A DNA stretch of 64,000 nt from an uncultured virus (IMG/VR IMGVR_UViG_3300020213_000019) (IMGVR_UViG_3300020213_000019), one strand, 5' to 3'. Positions 1 to 9,980 are shown, counted from the stretch's first letter. The notes: a model not told the origin generated them from the letters alone. A program made the numbers and translations.

Positions 1-397
1 GCTTGTTAAGGACAACGATGTAATCGTTGTCGAGGATTTAAATGTTAAAGGAATGCTCGAAGCCAAAGGCTTCGAGGTATCTAAAGGAAATATAGCGGAT
101 GCATCTTGGGGCAACTTTGTTGCCCTCTTAACCTACAAGGCTGAAAGTGCTGGTAGGATCTTGATCAAGGTGAATCCAAAGAACACGTCGAAGACGTGTT
201 CTTGTTGCGGGAATATTAATAAGCTCTTAACCTTACGGGATAGAGTTTACGATTGCGATGCCTGCGGCAACGCCATCGATAGAGATATTAATGCAGCAAT
301 AAATGTTAGAAGGCTCGGTACGAGCCTTGCGATATCCGGCGAAATAAATTCGCCGGATACTTTCAGAAGCCTCGCCCTAAAGGGCGAGGTAGTTCAC
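1..397 (+). mobile_element. tnpB: 3' part of IS200/IS605-family tnpB element (copy 1, cut by window start)
   Basis: Near-identical to the 3' part of the element at 32648-33920; encodes VEDL, CSCCG...CDACG and DRDINAA; right-end hairpin CTCGCCC-TAAA-GGGCGAG then GTAGTTCAC ending at 397. Confidence 0.93.
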
Positions 398-398
398 T

Positions 399-716
399 CA
401 TCGCATTCTTGAGAGTGATGGCGATAAAGATTTGCACGATCACCCATTTGATTTCAAGAGCCTTGTGCTTAAAGGATCTTATAAAAAGTATTATGCGATT
501 GGGCCACAGTGGGGATTAGTAAAAGAAAGAGTGTTCAAGCCTCTTCGTATCAATTCTCACGCTCATGACGACGCTCATAAGATTGAGGTAATCAAAGGTC
601 CGGTATGGACATTATTTTTCACTAATGGTCGTCTTCATGAGTGGGGATATCAGACTAATTTAGGCTGGATAGAAAACTCTCGTTATCGCTTAATGAAACG
701 TAACGGTCAAATATGA
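399..716 (+). pseudogene. 3' part of a conserved phage gene (HRILESD..LHDHPF, cupin-like) interrupted by tnpB copy 1
   Basis: Frame HRILESDGDKDLHDHPFDF starts right after the element end; TTTAT + flank would read F-I-H-R. Confidence 0.65.
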
Positions 717-1111
717 ATGAGAGCGATTACAAGTTGCTGGTAGATGAATTGATTTGGAGTCATACCAAAAACAAATCATTCACAACTATTGGTATAGAAG
801 TATTCGCTGTGCGTATCATTAGCGGTTACGAAGATGGCGATCAGGATTCAGACAGAGTAGAATATTCTACTCCCATATTGCAGCGTGTCAATTCTATACA
901 TCAATTGGAAAATTTCACAGTTCAGGTAATGGCTAGTCAAGAAGGCCGCGCCGTTTTTAAATTCGGAACAGTGCCGATATCTGACGTCTGCAAATCACTG
1001 TCGTTTGCAGATAAGTTTGATCATTGTAAAGCAAGACTAACATTGGATGAGTTAGCTGAATTGTGTGCGGTCCTGTATAAGAAAAGTAGAACCATAAAGC
1101 TTATGATATGA
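713..1111 (+). CDS. hypothetical protein, tail ..TIKLMI
   Basis: ORF coupled by ATGA overlap. Confidence 0.7.
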   Translation: MNESDYKLLVDELIWSHTKNKSFTTIGIEVFAVRIISGYEDGDQDSDRVEYSTPILQRVNSIHQLENFTVQVMASQEGRAVFKFGTVPISDVCKSLSFADKFDHCKARLTLDELAELCAVLYKKSRTIKLMI

Positions 1112-1521
1112 TTGATTTTAACAAATTTGTAAAAGATTTAGATGGCCCTCTGCTTGCAGGTGGCAGATCTAATTTATTTGAGTATAAGCGGGGTAATCTT
1201 CTTTTTCCGGAAAAGATGCGTTTTGTTCGTTTCAAATTTGGCAACTACTTTATGCAAATTGCTACTGGATGGAGCCCAGAAATTGGTGATTGCTCACAGC
1301 CGCCTAGGGCTCAACTTCCATTCAAAGAATACGAAAGTTTGTATTGCGTTATACGGCCCGATGATGATGGGGAGAAGCTTGTACGAATATTACAAGCATC
1401 CCCAGTCTGGAAAAAATTCAAAAAAGAACGGATATCTTGGTCAGGCCGAATCACCATGATAGATTTTTACGAGATCTATAGGCTTATTCAGAAGACAGAA
1501 AAGCTGACGGTTATGTTATGA
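1108..1521 (+). CDS. hypothetical protein, tail EKLTVML
   Basis: ORF coupled by ATGA overlap. Confidence 0.75.
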   Translation: MIDFNKFVKDLDGPLLAGGRSNLFEYKRGNLLFPEKMRFVRFKFGNYFMQIATGWSPEIGDCSQPPRAQLPFKEYESLYCVIRPDDDGEKLVRILQASPVWKKFKKERISWSGRITMIDFYEIYRLIQKTEKLTVML

Positions 1522-1560
1522 TGAAGTACGAAACGTAGGATTTACCATTGTGTCCAAGAT

Positions 1561-1764
1561 TTGCGATATTGGAGTAATATGAGGGGCGAGTACGAAGAGA
1601 TAGCTGAGGCGATACGTATCGAACATGACGAGAAGGCCGATGATCTGCTAATTGTGTTTCGTGTGACAAACGCAAAGTATAAACAGATTGTAAAACAAAA
1701 CTGGACTAAAGATATGGAATTCAGAATAGTTAACAAGAAGTTGGTTGTGTTTAAGGATGAGTAA
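1561..1764 (+). CDS. hypothetical protein (start uncertain)
   Basis: ORF in operon context. Confidence 0.5.
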   Translation: MRYWSNMRGEYEEIAEAIRIEHDEKADDLLIVFRVTNAKYKQIVKQNWTKDMEFRIVNKKLVVFKDE

Positions 1765-2080
1765 TTTTCATACTAATCCTCCGTGCCCTATGTGTGATCG
1801 AGAGGCCCCTCGTGGAGGCTTTTCAGGCTCATCTAACTGGACATGTAATTGTGTAACTAAACCAAACGTTTCATACAAAGATGGTACCGTTTATCAAATC
1901 ATTGGAAATTTCATAATAGTTGGACATCGTACTCAATGTACGTTTAAACGAATGCATACTGACGTACAGACAGTAGACGTTGATATAAGAGATGTACTCC
2001 ATCTATCTCCAGATAATATTGAAATGATATGGAAAACAAATTCTTGGAGCAAGCTTAAAAAGATATCGTCTTTTACCTAA
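1757..2080 (+). CDS. CxxC hypothetical protein, tail KKISSFT
   Basis: CPMC...CNC; ATG at 1757. Confidence 0.7.
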   Translation: MSNFHTNPPCPMCDREAPRGGFSGSSNWTCNCVTKPNVSYKDGTVYQIIGNFIIVGHRTQCTFKRMHTDVQTVDVDIRDVLHLSPDNIEMIWKTNSWSKLKKISSFT

Positions 2081-2087
2081 GGAAACA

Positions 2088-2375
2088 ATGCCAACGTATT
2101 TACACGAATGTTTGAAGTGCACAGAAGAGTTCGAAGACTTTTACGGTATTAACGCCCCGCTGCCTCCATGCCCAAAATGTGGGGATGAAGGAGAAGTCCG
2201 TCGTCTTATCTGCGGCACCAACAAGGGTCAAGTTACTCTTACTGGTCAAGATTACACAAACAAGGTCAAAGCCGATACTGCGCAACTTAAAAGGGACGTC
2301 CGAACTAATGAAAATCTAAGGGCAAACCTGATAGGCGAAAATCGTTATAATCAACTTACTACTAAAAGGAGATAA
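2088..2375 (+). CDS. FmdB-family zinc-ribbon protein
   Basis: MPTYLHECLKC...FE...CPKCG pattern; AAGGAA RBS. Confidence 0.8.
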   Translation: MPTYLHECLKCTEEFEDFYGINAPLPPCPKCGDEGEVRRLICGTNKGQVTLTGQDYTNKVKADTAQLKRDVRTNENLRANLIGENRYNQLTTKRR

Positions 2376-2381
2376 TATAGG

Positions 2382-2678
2382 ATGCCCTCGTACGAGTACC
2401 AGTGCCCTGTCCATGGGGTTTTTGAAACGATTCAGTCTATAACTGCGCCTGCTCTAGAGGAATGTCCAACCTGCGCCGAAGAAGGCCGTAAGCAATGGGA
2501 GTGTAGTGATTGTCATTCGATGGGTTACTCACCTAAAGATGTCGATCTATCCAAGTGCTCGTCCAAGGAATGCGCGGGAAGTTATCTGCCTGGAGTGCCA
2601 GTTAAACCGAAGAAGCTAATTAGCTTGTCAAGTTTTGCATTGGTAGGGTCAGGCTGGGCCAAAGACAATTATAAATAA
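2382..2678 (+). CDS. FmdB-family zinc-ribbon protein with extra Zn insert
   Basis: MPSYEYQC..HG.FE...CPTC...KLIS..F.L.GSGWAKD.Y. Confidence 0.8.
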   Translation: MPSYEYQCPVHGVFETIQSITAPALEECPTCAEEGRKQWECSDCHSMGYSPKDVDLSKCSSKECAGSYLPGVPVKPKKLISLSSFALVGSGWAKDNYK

Positions 2679-2688
2679 GGCACGCCGC

Positions 2689-2832
2689 ATGTCCGCTGAT
2701 CTCAAAGTTGCATCTCTCAAAAGAGCCATAAAGGTTTTAAAGTTTTTACTTACACTTGAAGATGTTGAACTGATCAAGTCAACTATAGAGCAGATAGTTG
2801 ATAATCTAGAAGAAGATTCTAGGCTCCGATAA
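2689..2832 (+). CDS. small hypothetical protein (47 aa)
   Basis: Read manually: MSADLKVASLKRAIKVLKFLL...; below ORF-track cutoff. Confidence 0.55.
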   Translation: MSADLKVASLKRAIKVLKFLLTLEDVELIKSTIEQIVDNLEEDSRLR

Positions 2833-2887
2833 CCTTATCAATGAGCGAGACTCTGTAGTATAATCCTATTATTGATAGGTTCATTCT

Positions 2888-2894
2888 TGTCGAG
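2888..2894 (+). promoter_or_regulatory. TGTCGAG intergenic motif
   Basis: Recurrent motif upstream of operon-leading genes. Confidence 0.4.
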
Positions 2895-2957
2895 AGATTA
2901 CGAGAATATTCGATATCAATATTTGGTTATCCTAATACTTCCCTAAGAGAGTGCCGA

Positions 2958-3587
2958 ATGATAAGTGAAATAGAAGCGCAAGATTTGATGCTTAAACTAG
3001 TAAGTTTTAGAGCCCAGATAAAAAAGGGTGCATCCAAGACAGTGCATGCTGAGTATAACAAGCACCAGAACCTTTGTATGCAAAAATTTCGTTATCTCAT
3101 CTCGATGAGAACGAATAAATACAAGGGTTTTGCTAACTACGATGACCTTAATCAAGAGGGCTTTGAAGCTCTTTGTAAGGCTATGAATAACTACAATCCA
3201 AAACGTGGTTCATTCTTCTGGTGGGCTCACAAATACATTGATACGAGAATCTCTAGGTCTGCGAATTTGCACACGGCAATTCGTTATCCGCTTAAGTTTG
3301 CTAAGACGACGACCCCACACAAGGAGTCTCAGATTCCGGTTATGATTGAGCCTCGTTTCAATCCAGATAAGATTTTGGAAAACACACAACTCAAGAACGC
3401 TGTCGAGTCCGCGTTGTCGCTGCTGAATACTGAACAGCGTGAGATAATCTCTCTTGCATTCGGTTTTACTGGAGATAAACCGCTATCGATCAACAAGATC
3501 TGTAAGCGTAAAAATCTCTCTCGTCTTCATTGCATGAAGACGATAAATAATGCTCTTGGCATGATCAAAGATAACATCAAACTTTGA
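2958..3587 (+). CDS. sigma-70 family RNA polymerase sigma factor
   Basis: Region 2 DDLNQEGFEALCKAMNNYNPKRGSFFWWA; region 4-like LNTEQREIISLAFG...LSINKI. Confidence 0.85.
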   Translation: MISEIEAQDLMLKLVSFRAQIKKGASKTVHAEYNKHQNLCMQKFRYLISMRTNKYKGFANYDDLNQEGFEALCKAMNNYNPKRGSFFWWAHKYIDTRISRSANLHTAIRYPLKFAKTTTPHKESQIPVMIEPRFNPDKILENTQLKNAVESALSLLNTEQREIISLAFGFTGDKPLSINKICKRKNLSRLHCMKTINNALGMIKDNIKL

Positions 3588-3667
3588 TCTGTTCTGAATG
3601 ATGTGAATTAAAGAAGCGCTTTGTAGTTATGAGGCGTTGATGGGATGTTTTGCTTATAAGGCGCGAT

Positions 3668-6600
3668 ATGAAAAAATATACTTACAGTCAAGTTTTCGAT
3701 TCTTCATTAGAATATTTTCAAGGCGATGAACTTGCAGCAAAGGTCTTTGCTGATAAGTACGCATTGCAGCGCCACGATGGCGGATACGAAGAGAAGACGC
3801 CCGCAGACATGCATCGACGTCTCGCGAGAGAGTTCGCTCGTATCGAAGCTAAGTATCCTAACCCGATGTCGGAGAAAGACATATTTGCGATGCTTGACCG
3901 ATTCGCTTTGGTCGTTCCGCAGGGCTCGCCAATGGCTGGCATCGGCAACCCTTACCAGATCATGTCGATCTCTAACTGCTTCGTTCTTGAGTCACCTCTC
4001 GATTCCTATTCTGGAATCATGAAGACGGACCAGGAAGAGGCTCACGTCATGCGCCGCCGAGGTGGCGTCGGATTCGACATATCTAACATTCGGCCCCGTG
4101 GACTCCCTACAAATAATGCCGCGAAGACGACCGATGGCATCGGTATCTTCATGGAACGATTCTCTAACACGTGCCGCGAAGTTGCTCAGAATGGGCGGCG
4201 CGGCGCTCTTATGTTGACGTGCAGCATTCATCATCCCGAAGTTAAAACTTTTCTCAACATCAAGAAGGATTTGAAGAAAGTAACGGGTGCTAATATCTCG
4301 GTCCGAGTTACCGATGAATTCATGAATGCAGTCAAGAAAGGTGGGGAATACGAGTTGCGTTGGCCTGTTGAGTCCAAGACGCCATCGATATCTATAATGA
4401 TCGATGCTCGCACAATTTGGCACGAGCTTATCTCTAACGCACACGCAGCGGCTGAACCAGGAGTATTGTTTTGGGATACGGCCAAGAAATATTCTCCGGC
4501 CGATATTTATGCTGACGCAGGGTTTGCCAGCACAAGTACTAATCCGTGTTTTTCGGGCGCTACCATGATAGCGGTTGCGGATGGTCGCAATGCTGTTTCG
4601 ATTAAACAGCTAGCTGAAGAGGGCAAGGATGTCCCGGTATACAGCGTAGATGCCGCTTCCGGCAAGGTTTCCATCAAGATGGGTCGTAACCCACGCGTAA
4701 CGGGTCACGATCAAAAGCTTGTGCGAGTGCACCTTGATGATGGCTCATTTTTAGATACAACTCCGAATCATACGTTTGTAGATTTAGATGGCAATAAAAT
4801 AGAAGCCAAGGATCTTGTATTTGGCACAAGTCTTCCAAGATTCAATAAGTTCGAGGCAAGTGTAAAAAAAGGAAGCAAGCCTTATTATTTAGTTCATTGC
4901 GATACTAAAAATTATCATAAAGATCGTATATTCGAGCATCGCTTAGTAGCTAAGTTCAATGAACCAGATAAGTGGGAGTCTATGTACGCCGAAGCTAAAA
5001 AGAACGGTTGGACAAAAACAGGCGGAATCGTAGTTCATCACAAGAACTATAATCAGCTGGATAATAGTCCCGACAATCTTCAGATCATGACATTCAAAGA
5101 TCATTCTAAGCTTCATGGAGAAATCGATCAAGCGGGTGAGAAGAACGGTCGTTGGATGGATGTTACCAACGAACAAATTAAGGAGGCCGCTCTAGGTTTA
5201 ACAAAGAAGTTAGGTCATCGCTTTACTTATGAGGAATGGAATAGCTTCGCCAAAGATAATAATCTTCCACAGACATTTTCCAATTGTCGTGCGAAAGAAT
5301 TTGGAAGCCTTTCCTTGGCTTTTGATTGTGCGGTAGAGCTTGGCATTGATAATGCCAGCGCAGATCCTCGCTTGGTCAAGACTTACAAAAAAGCTATCGA
5401 TCAGGGTTACGTTGCGCGCATTGAAGGGTCTTCTGTTGTTGTTTCGCGCAATTGCGAACAATGCGGCGACTCGTTTGAAAATGATTATTTCAAACGAGAA
5501 ATATCTTTTTGTTCGCATTCGTGTTCGCTAAAAAAGATCAATTCAAATGCGGAGATGCATGCGGCCCGCGTTGCAAAAATATCAGCTACTTATGAAGGGC
5601 GTTCCGTTGAATTGAAGCAGAGTCAGGCGAAGGTATGGTCGGGATTGAAGTTTAAGCTAAATCGCGAACCCATGTTGAAAGAGTGGGAACAAACTTGTAA
5701 GACAGAAGGGTTGTTCTATCGGCTGAAGACGAAGTTCGGATTTCAGAATATTGGTGAGCTTCGAGAGGCGGGAAATAACTACAATCATAAAGTTGTTCGC
5801 ATTGAGGAGCTTGATGACGAGCATACGGTTTACAACATTACTGTTGATGATAACCATACTGTAGCGGTAGTAACTGATGTAGGTAAAGGTAAGCTGACAG
5901 GGGTATATGTAGCCAATTGTGGTGAAATAATTTTGAGTCCCAACGATTCGTGCCGTTTATTGTTAGTGAACCTATTGGGATTCATCGATCATCCTTTCAG
6001 TAATAAGGCTAAATTCAACGTCGTAAAATACGAAGACGTCGTTATGAAGTCACAGCGTCTCATGGACGATATTATAGATCTAGAAGTAGAATGCATTGAT
6101 CGTATTCTAGCCAAGATTGACTCCGACCCTGAACCTGATGATGTTAAGCGCGTTGAGCGCGAGCTATGGTGCAAGATTCGTCATGCCTGCTTGAACGGTC
6201 GTCGCACGGGTCTCGGCATCACCGCCCTGGGCGACGCTTTAGCCGCTCTCAATATCAAATACGGTTCGGAAGAATCGATCGAGATGACTGATACGATGTA
6301 TCGCCATCTTGCTATCGGTGCGTATCGCTCGACCTGTTTACTAGCGGGTGAGCGCGGAGCCTTTCCTGTATTCTCTCATGAGCTTGAGAAGGATCATCCA
6401 TTTCTTCAGCGCATCTGGGATGCCGCGCCCGACGTCTACAAGCTATACAAGAAACACGGCCGCCGCAACATCGCACTCACCACGACCGCGCCAGCAGGAT
6501 CCGTATCGATGTTGACGCAGACGACGTCAGGCATTGAACCTCCATACATGCTCAGCTACGTTCGTCGAAAGAAGATCAATCCAGCAGACAAAAATGCTCG

Positions 6601-7528
6601 TATCGATTTTGTCGATGATATGGGAGATTCGTGGCAAGAGTTTACCGTATATCATCCAGGCGTAAAACGCTGGATGGACGCTACTGGCAATGACAACATA
6701 GAAGAGTCTCCATATTTTGGAGGGACGTCTAACGATATAGACTGGGTTGCTTCTGCCAAGCTTCAAGGCGTAGCTCAGAAGTGGATTTGTCACTCGATAT
6801 CCAAGACTTGTAATCTGCCAGCAGACGCCACAGTTGACGTTGTAAAGGACGTTTACATGATGGCGTGGGAAGTGGGCTGCAAGGGGTTTACTGTCTATCG
6901 TGACGGTTCTCGTGCAGGTGTTCTCATTAGTACAGATGAAGCGGCCAAGCCTGCCCGCGATCCGTTTACTCGTCCAGAGAACATCGAGATCATGATGGCG
7001 CCAAAGCGTCCGATTGAGCTGCCTTGCGATATCAAGAAAGTAAAGATTCAGGGTGAGCAGTGGACCATTTTCGTAGGACTGTTGAATGGAAAGACCTATG
7101 AAGTGTTCGGAGGACTATCGAAGTACGTTGACATTCCGAACAAATACAAAACTGGACGTATCATTAAGAACGGCAAAGTCGACGGTGTTACGGCATACAA
7201 TTTGATTGTTGGAGATGGCGATGATCCGATGATCATCAAAAACATTGCTAACGTATTTGAGAACGCAGTTTACGGCGCATTCACTCGTACAATCTCGTTA
7301 GCACTGCGTCATGGTTGCCCACCACAGTATGTTGTAGAACAACTGACGAAAGATAAGTGGTCTGATATTACTTCGTTCTCTAAGGTAATGTCTCGCGTTT
7401 TAAAGGGATACATTCTGGATGGAACAAAGGCGGCGTCGGACAAGGTATGCCCTACGTGTCAAAAAGAAGCTGTTATCTATGAAGAGGGGTGCTTGAAATG
7501 TACTAATTGTGGATATGCGAAGTGCTGA
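3668..7528 (+). CDS. nrdJ: class II (B12-dependent) ribonucleotide reductase, intein-containing
   Basis: SNCFV, RRGGVG, RRGALM, TNPC/CGEI, TTAPAGS, SGIEP, GCKGFTVYRDGSR; C-terminal Zn ribbon; ATG at 3668. Confidence 0.93.
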   Translation: MKKYTYSQVFDSSLEYFQGDELAAKVFADKYALQRHDGGYEEKTPADMHRRLAREFARIEAKYPNPMSEKDIFAMLDRFALVVPQGSPMAGIGNPYQIMSISNCFVLESPLDSYSGIMKTDQEEAHVMRRRGGVGFDISNIRPRGLPTNNAAKTTDGIGIFMERFSNTCREVAQNGRRGALMLTCSIHHPEVKTFLNIKKDLKKVTGANISVRVTDEFMNAVKKGGEYELRWPVESKTPSISIMIDARTIWHELISNAHAAAEPGVLFWDTAKKYSPADIYADAGFASTSTNPCFSGATMIAVADGRNAVSIKQLAEEGKDVPVYSVDAASGKVSIKMGRNPRVTGHDQKLVRVHLDDGSFLDTTPNHTFVDLDGNKIEAKDLVFGTSLPRFNKFEASVKKGSKPYYLVHCDTKNYHKDRIFEHRLVAKFNEPDKWESMYAEAKKNGWTKTGGIVVHHKNYNQLDNSPDNLQIMTFKDHSKLHGEIDQAGEKNGRWMDVTNEQIKEAALGLTKKLGHRFTYEEWNSFAKDNNLPQTFSNCRAKEFGSLSLAFDCAVELGIDNASADPRLVKTYKKAIDQGYVARIEGSSVVVSRNCEQCGDSFENDYFKREISFCSHSCSLKKINSNAEMHAARVAKISATYEGRSVELKQSQAKVWSGLKFKLNREPMLKEWEQTCKTEGLFYRLKTKFGFQNIGELREAGNNYNHKVVRIEELDDEHTVYNITVDDNHTVAVVTDVGKGKLTGVYVANCGEIILSPNDSCRLLLVNLLGFIDHPFSNKAKFNVVKYEDVVMKSQRLMDDIIDLEVECIDRILAKIDSDPEPDDVKRVERELWCKIRHACLNGRRTGLGITALGDALAALNIKYGSEESIEMTDTMYRHLAIGAYRSTCLLAGERGAFPVFSHELEKDHPFLQRIWDAAPDVYKLYKKHGRRNIALTTTAPAGSVSMLTQTTSGIEPPYMLSYVRRKKINPADKNARIDFVDDMGDSWQEFTVYHPGVKRWMDATGNDNIEESPYFGGTSNDIDWVASAKLQGVAQKWICHSISKTCNLPADATVDVVKDVYMMAWEVGCKGFTVYRDGSRAGVLISTDEAAKPARDPFTRPENIEIMMAPKRPIELPCDIKKVKIQGEQWTIFVGLLNGKTYEVFGGLSKYVDIPNKYKTGRIIKNGKVDGVTAYNLIVGDGDDPMIIKNIANVFENAVYGAFTRTISLALRHGCPPQYVVEQLTKDKWSDITSFSKVMSRVLKGYILDGTKAASDKVCPTCQKEAVIYEEGCLKCTNCGYAKC
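4547..5917 (+). mobile_element. intein (457 aa) with HNH endonuclease in nrdJ
   Basis: TNP|CFSGATMIAVADG...TTPNHTF...VYNITVDDNHT...VAN|CGEI; internal EHRLVA...VHHKNYNQLDNSPDNL...HSKLH. Confidence 0.92.
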
Positions 7529-7541
7529 ATGGGATTTTTAT

Positions 7542-7601
7542 CATTCTCCAAATTCGCCGGATACTTTCAGAAGCCTCGCCCTTTAGGGCGAGGTAGTTCA
7601 C
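7542..7601 (+). mobile_element. 60-bp miniature derivative of the tnpB element
   Basis: TTTAT, then left-end CATTCTCCAAA fused to right end TTCGCCGGATAC...GTAGTTCAC. Confidence 0.9.
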
Positions 7602-7651
7602 AGCCTTCCTAACGAAGCTAAGCCATTTTGTAAAAAACTTCAGGTAATGAC

Positions 7652-7927
7652 GTGACTGAAAAATTATGTTCTTGGTTTCGCATCCATCATACGTATCGTC
7701 GTGAAACGAAGCTTAGAAAAGATTTTCAATGTGATTGCTCAGTAACTGTTTGGCAATCTGTGATTGATGGAATGATGGTGATATCGATCACAAGACTTGA
7801 TCCATTTTACGATATTCAAATTAGATTTGAGCCAACAACTTTAGAAGACGCCCTCAATAAGGCCGATCAACATTTGATAGATATGGATATACCATTTATT
7901 CCTCGAAAATTTGAGGTAATGATATGA
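7652..7927 (+). CDS. hypothetical protein, tail RKFEVMI (family C)
   Basis: ORF; A..AD..L...IP.IP.K tail block. Confidence 0.7.
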   Translation: MTEKLCSWFRIHHTYRRETKLRKDFQCDCSVTVWQSVIDGMMVISITRLDPFYDIQIRFEPTTLEDALNKADQHLIDMDIPFIPRKFEVMI

Positions 7928-8439
7928 CGTTCTATATTAATGGATCGTATACGTATGGAGGGTCTTTGCGTGGGCCACGTTGCCCTGAATGTGGAGATTA
8001 TCCATCGCCTTACAATGATAAATATTGGCACTGTTATGGCTGTGGCGCCGGGAACGTAAGAATGACCTTTAGGAAAAATGAGCGTAATGAACAGGTAAAA
8101 GTTTTGTTCTCCAAGCTTCTCAATAGGCTCGGCCACCGATTCGACACTGACTGGACCGCTGCCTATTATGTACGCAGTAAAGAGGAAATACCAGATCCAG
8201 AACTAATCGATTGCTATCAACTTACTTGCAAGGTTTGCAATATGAAATTTGATATCACATTGATCGATTCTGTAGATGAAAAATATGCATTATGGCATGA
8301 CCACACAAGTTTTAGAGCAATAGCTAGAGCTTTCGCTAAATATGAGCCGATTCAAATACGTATTAATGAAGATCATCACGGAAGAAAATTGCACAAAATG
8401 CACCCGTGCGTGTGCTCAAGTCTAAACATCTTGTTATAG
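7924..8439 (+). CDS. Zn-binding hypothetical protein, LGH family, tail CSSLNILL
   Basis: CPECG..CYGCG plus RLGH..W..CKVC..C. Confidence 0.75.
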   Translation: MTFYINGSYTYGGSLRGPRCPECGDYPSPYNDKYWHCYGCGAGNVRMTFRKNERNEQVKVLFSKLLNRLGHRFDTDWTAAYYVRSKEEIPDPELIDCYQLTCKVCNMKFDITLIDSVDEKYALWHDHTSFRAIARAFAKYEPIQIRINEDHHGRKLHKMHPCVCSSLNILL

Positions 8440-8521
8440 ATGCTGTGTAAGTTGACGCGTGCAATGGAAGCACGAATAGCTGGCAAGCCCATTTTATGGG
8501 ACGCAGTTCTTACGTCGATGG

Positions 8522-8550
8522 CCTGAGAGATTTACTCTTTCGGGTTTTTC
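8522..8550 (+). terminator. possible intrinsic terminator
   Basis: CCTGAGAGA...TCTTTCGGG followed by T-run. Confidence 0.4.
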
Positions 8551-8562
8551 GTTAGGAGCAGT

Positions 8563-8931
8563 ATGGAAAGATTATCATTAGATGACGTCAAGGGCTACAT
8601 AGCGTTGGTAGATTTTCTAGATGAGGCGGTAAAACATTCTACGCACAGGATAGTGAATACGCGTTCACGCTATAATAATTTGGTAGGAATCGGATGTGTC
8701 ACATGCGACACAGTGGTAACGAGCCAAACGTCTAAGTGGCTCGGTGCAGGCGCTGGATTCTCATCACTAGAAAACGCATTTGGTGATCTTGGTAAGTATC
8801 AGTTCGTCAAAGATTTGATTAAAGATTTCGAGAATTTACCGTATAAAGACATAGGTCCGGCCATAGCCGCATTATCTGTAAAGCACGCCGATGTTATCAA
8901 GCGTATAAAGAAACTACAGCTGATGCTTTAG
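8563..8931 (+). CDS. hypothetical protein, tail KKLQLML
   Basis: AGGAG RBS; H..H...CVTCD; paralog of next gene. Confidence 0.8.
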   Translation: MERLSLDDVKGYIALVDFLDEAVKHSTHRIVNTRSRYNNLVGIGCVTCDTVVTSQTSKWLGAGAGFSSLENAFGDLGKYQFVKDLIKDFENLPYKDIGPAIAALSVKHADVIKRIKKLQLML

Positions 8932-8946
8932 AGTTATATACTACGC

Positions 8947-9285
8947 ATGAATATAGGTGAAGATGAGGATGTCAAGGTTTTAGACCATGGCGTAGTTAAT
9001 AATTTGAAGTTTGCGTTGTTGTTGTATGCTCATGCACATCACGATTTCATTCCGGCTGATAACCCACGTAATTTAGCTTTAGGATACGCATGTATCGATT
9101 GTGATGAGTGCTGGGAGATGCATATAGGACGTGCCAAGGAGTCTACTGGACATAAATCCATAGACGATTTGATAACAGCAATTTGTACATTTAGTATAAA
9201 TAGGACCCAAGAAGGACTATTACCATTGCTTGAGTTACACGAAGAAGCGTCACTAAAACTTAAACGATTAGCGTGTATGATGTGA
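8947..9285 (+). CDS. hypothetical protein, tail KRLACMM
   Basis: HAHH...CIDCD. Confidence 0.8.
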   Translation: MNIGEDEDVKVLDHGVVNNLKFALLLYAHAHHDFIPADNPRNLALGYACIDCDECWEMHIGRAKESTGHKSIDDLITAICTFSINRTQEGLLPLLELHEEASLKLKRLACMM

Positions 9286-9300
9286 AGTTATATACGATGT

Positions 9301-9440
9301 ATGTTCGTAGAAGATGAAGATTTCATTTCATTGCAGCTTTGGCTCCAGAGGGTGAACGTTCTAAAATGGTTAGATTTTTGTATGCTCATGTGCATAAGCT
9401 AGTACAATCTGATGATCCCAACCCATCTACAAGCTACTAA
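9301..9440 (+). pseudogene. frameshifted third paralog of 8947-9285
   Basis: Shares upstream GTTATATAC, GAAGATGA and TTGTATGCTCATG (LYAH) blocks, but LYAH is out of frame with the ATG. Confidence 0.65.
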
Positions 9441-9611
9441 ATCGATTCTGGCTACTACTTCTTTCGTTGGGCTTAACGCTTCTCGGCGCACGATTAAATT
9501 TACACCACGATATTCCCAAGATAGAAGATACATAATCATTTGCTCTTTCTATACTATTCGTATATATTCGTTTATATGATTGTTCTACGATTTATTCAGC
9601 ATCACTTTTAG

Positions 9612-9980
9612 ATGACTTATACGGTCTTGCTCGATTTCAACTCAAACAAACGTGCCGTTGAGGACGAGGAAAAAGCTAAATTTATACGCTCAATCCTTGA
9701 AGCAATGAATATCGAAGTCGATTTCTGGTCTCCACAAGAAACGACGCTAACAATAGAAACAAAAATCAAGCTCAGGGAACTCCTGAGTGAGCTGGGTCTT
9801 ATTATCCTTGAAACAACGGATGGTGAGGTCGAGATTTATTTTGAACAGAAACTAATTGGAGAATGGAGGAAACCCTTTTATATGCTTAAGAAGGATCTGT
9901 CTCAAGTGGACCCTCGTAAAAAATTGTACCTAGAAATGCACGTAACTTTCTCTTCACCTTTGTTTGAAGAGCAGGTTTAA
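9612..9980 (+). CDS. hypothetical protein
   Basis: 122-aa ORF. Confidence 0.75.
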   Translation: MTYTVLLDFNSNKRAVEDEEKAKFIRSILEAMNIEVDFWSPQETTLTIETKIKLRELLSELGLIILETTDGEVEIYFEQKLIGEWRKPFYMLKKDLSQVDPRKKLYLEMHVTFSSPLFEEQV

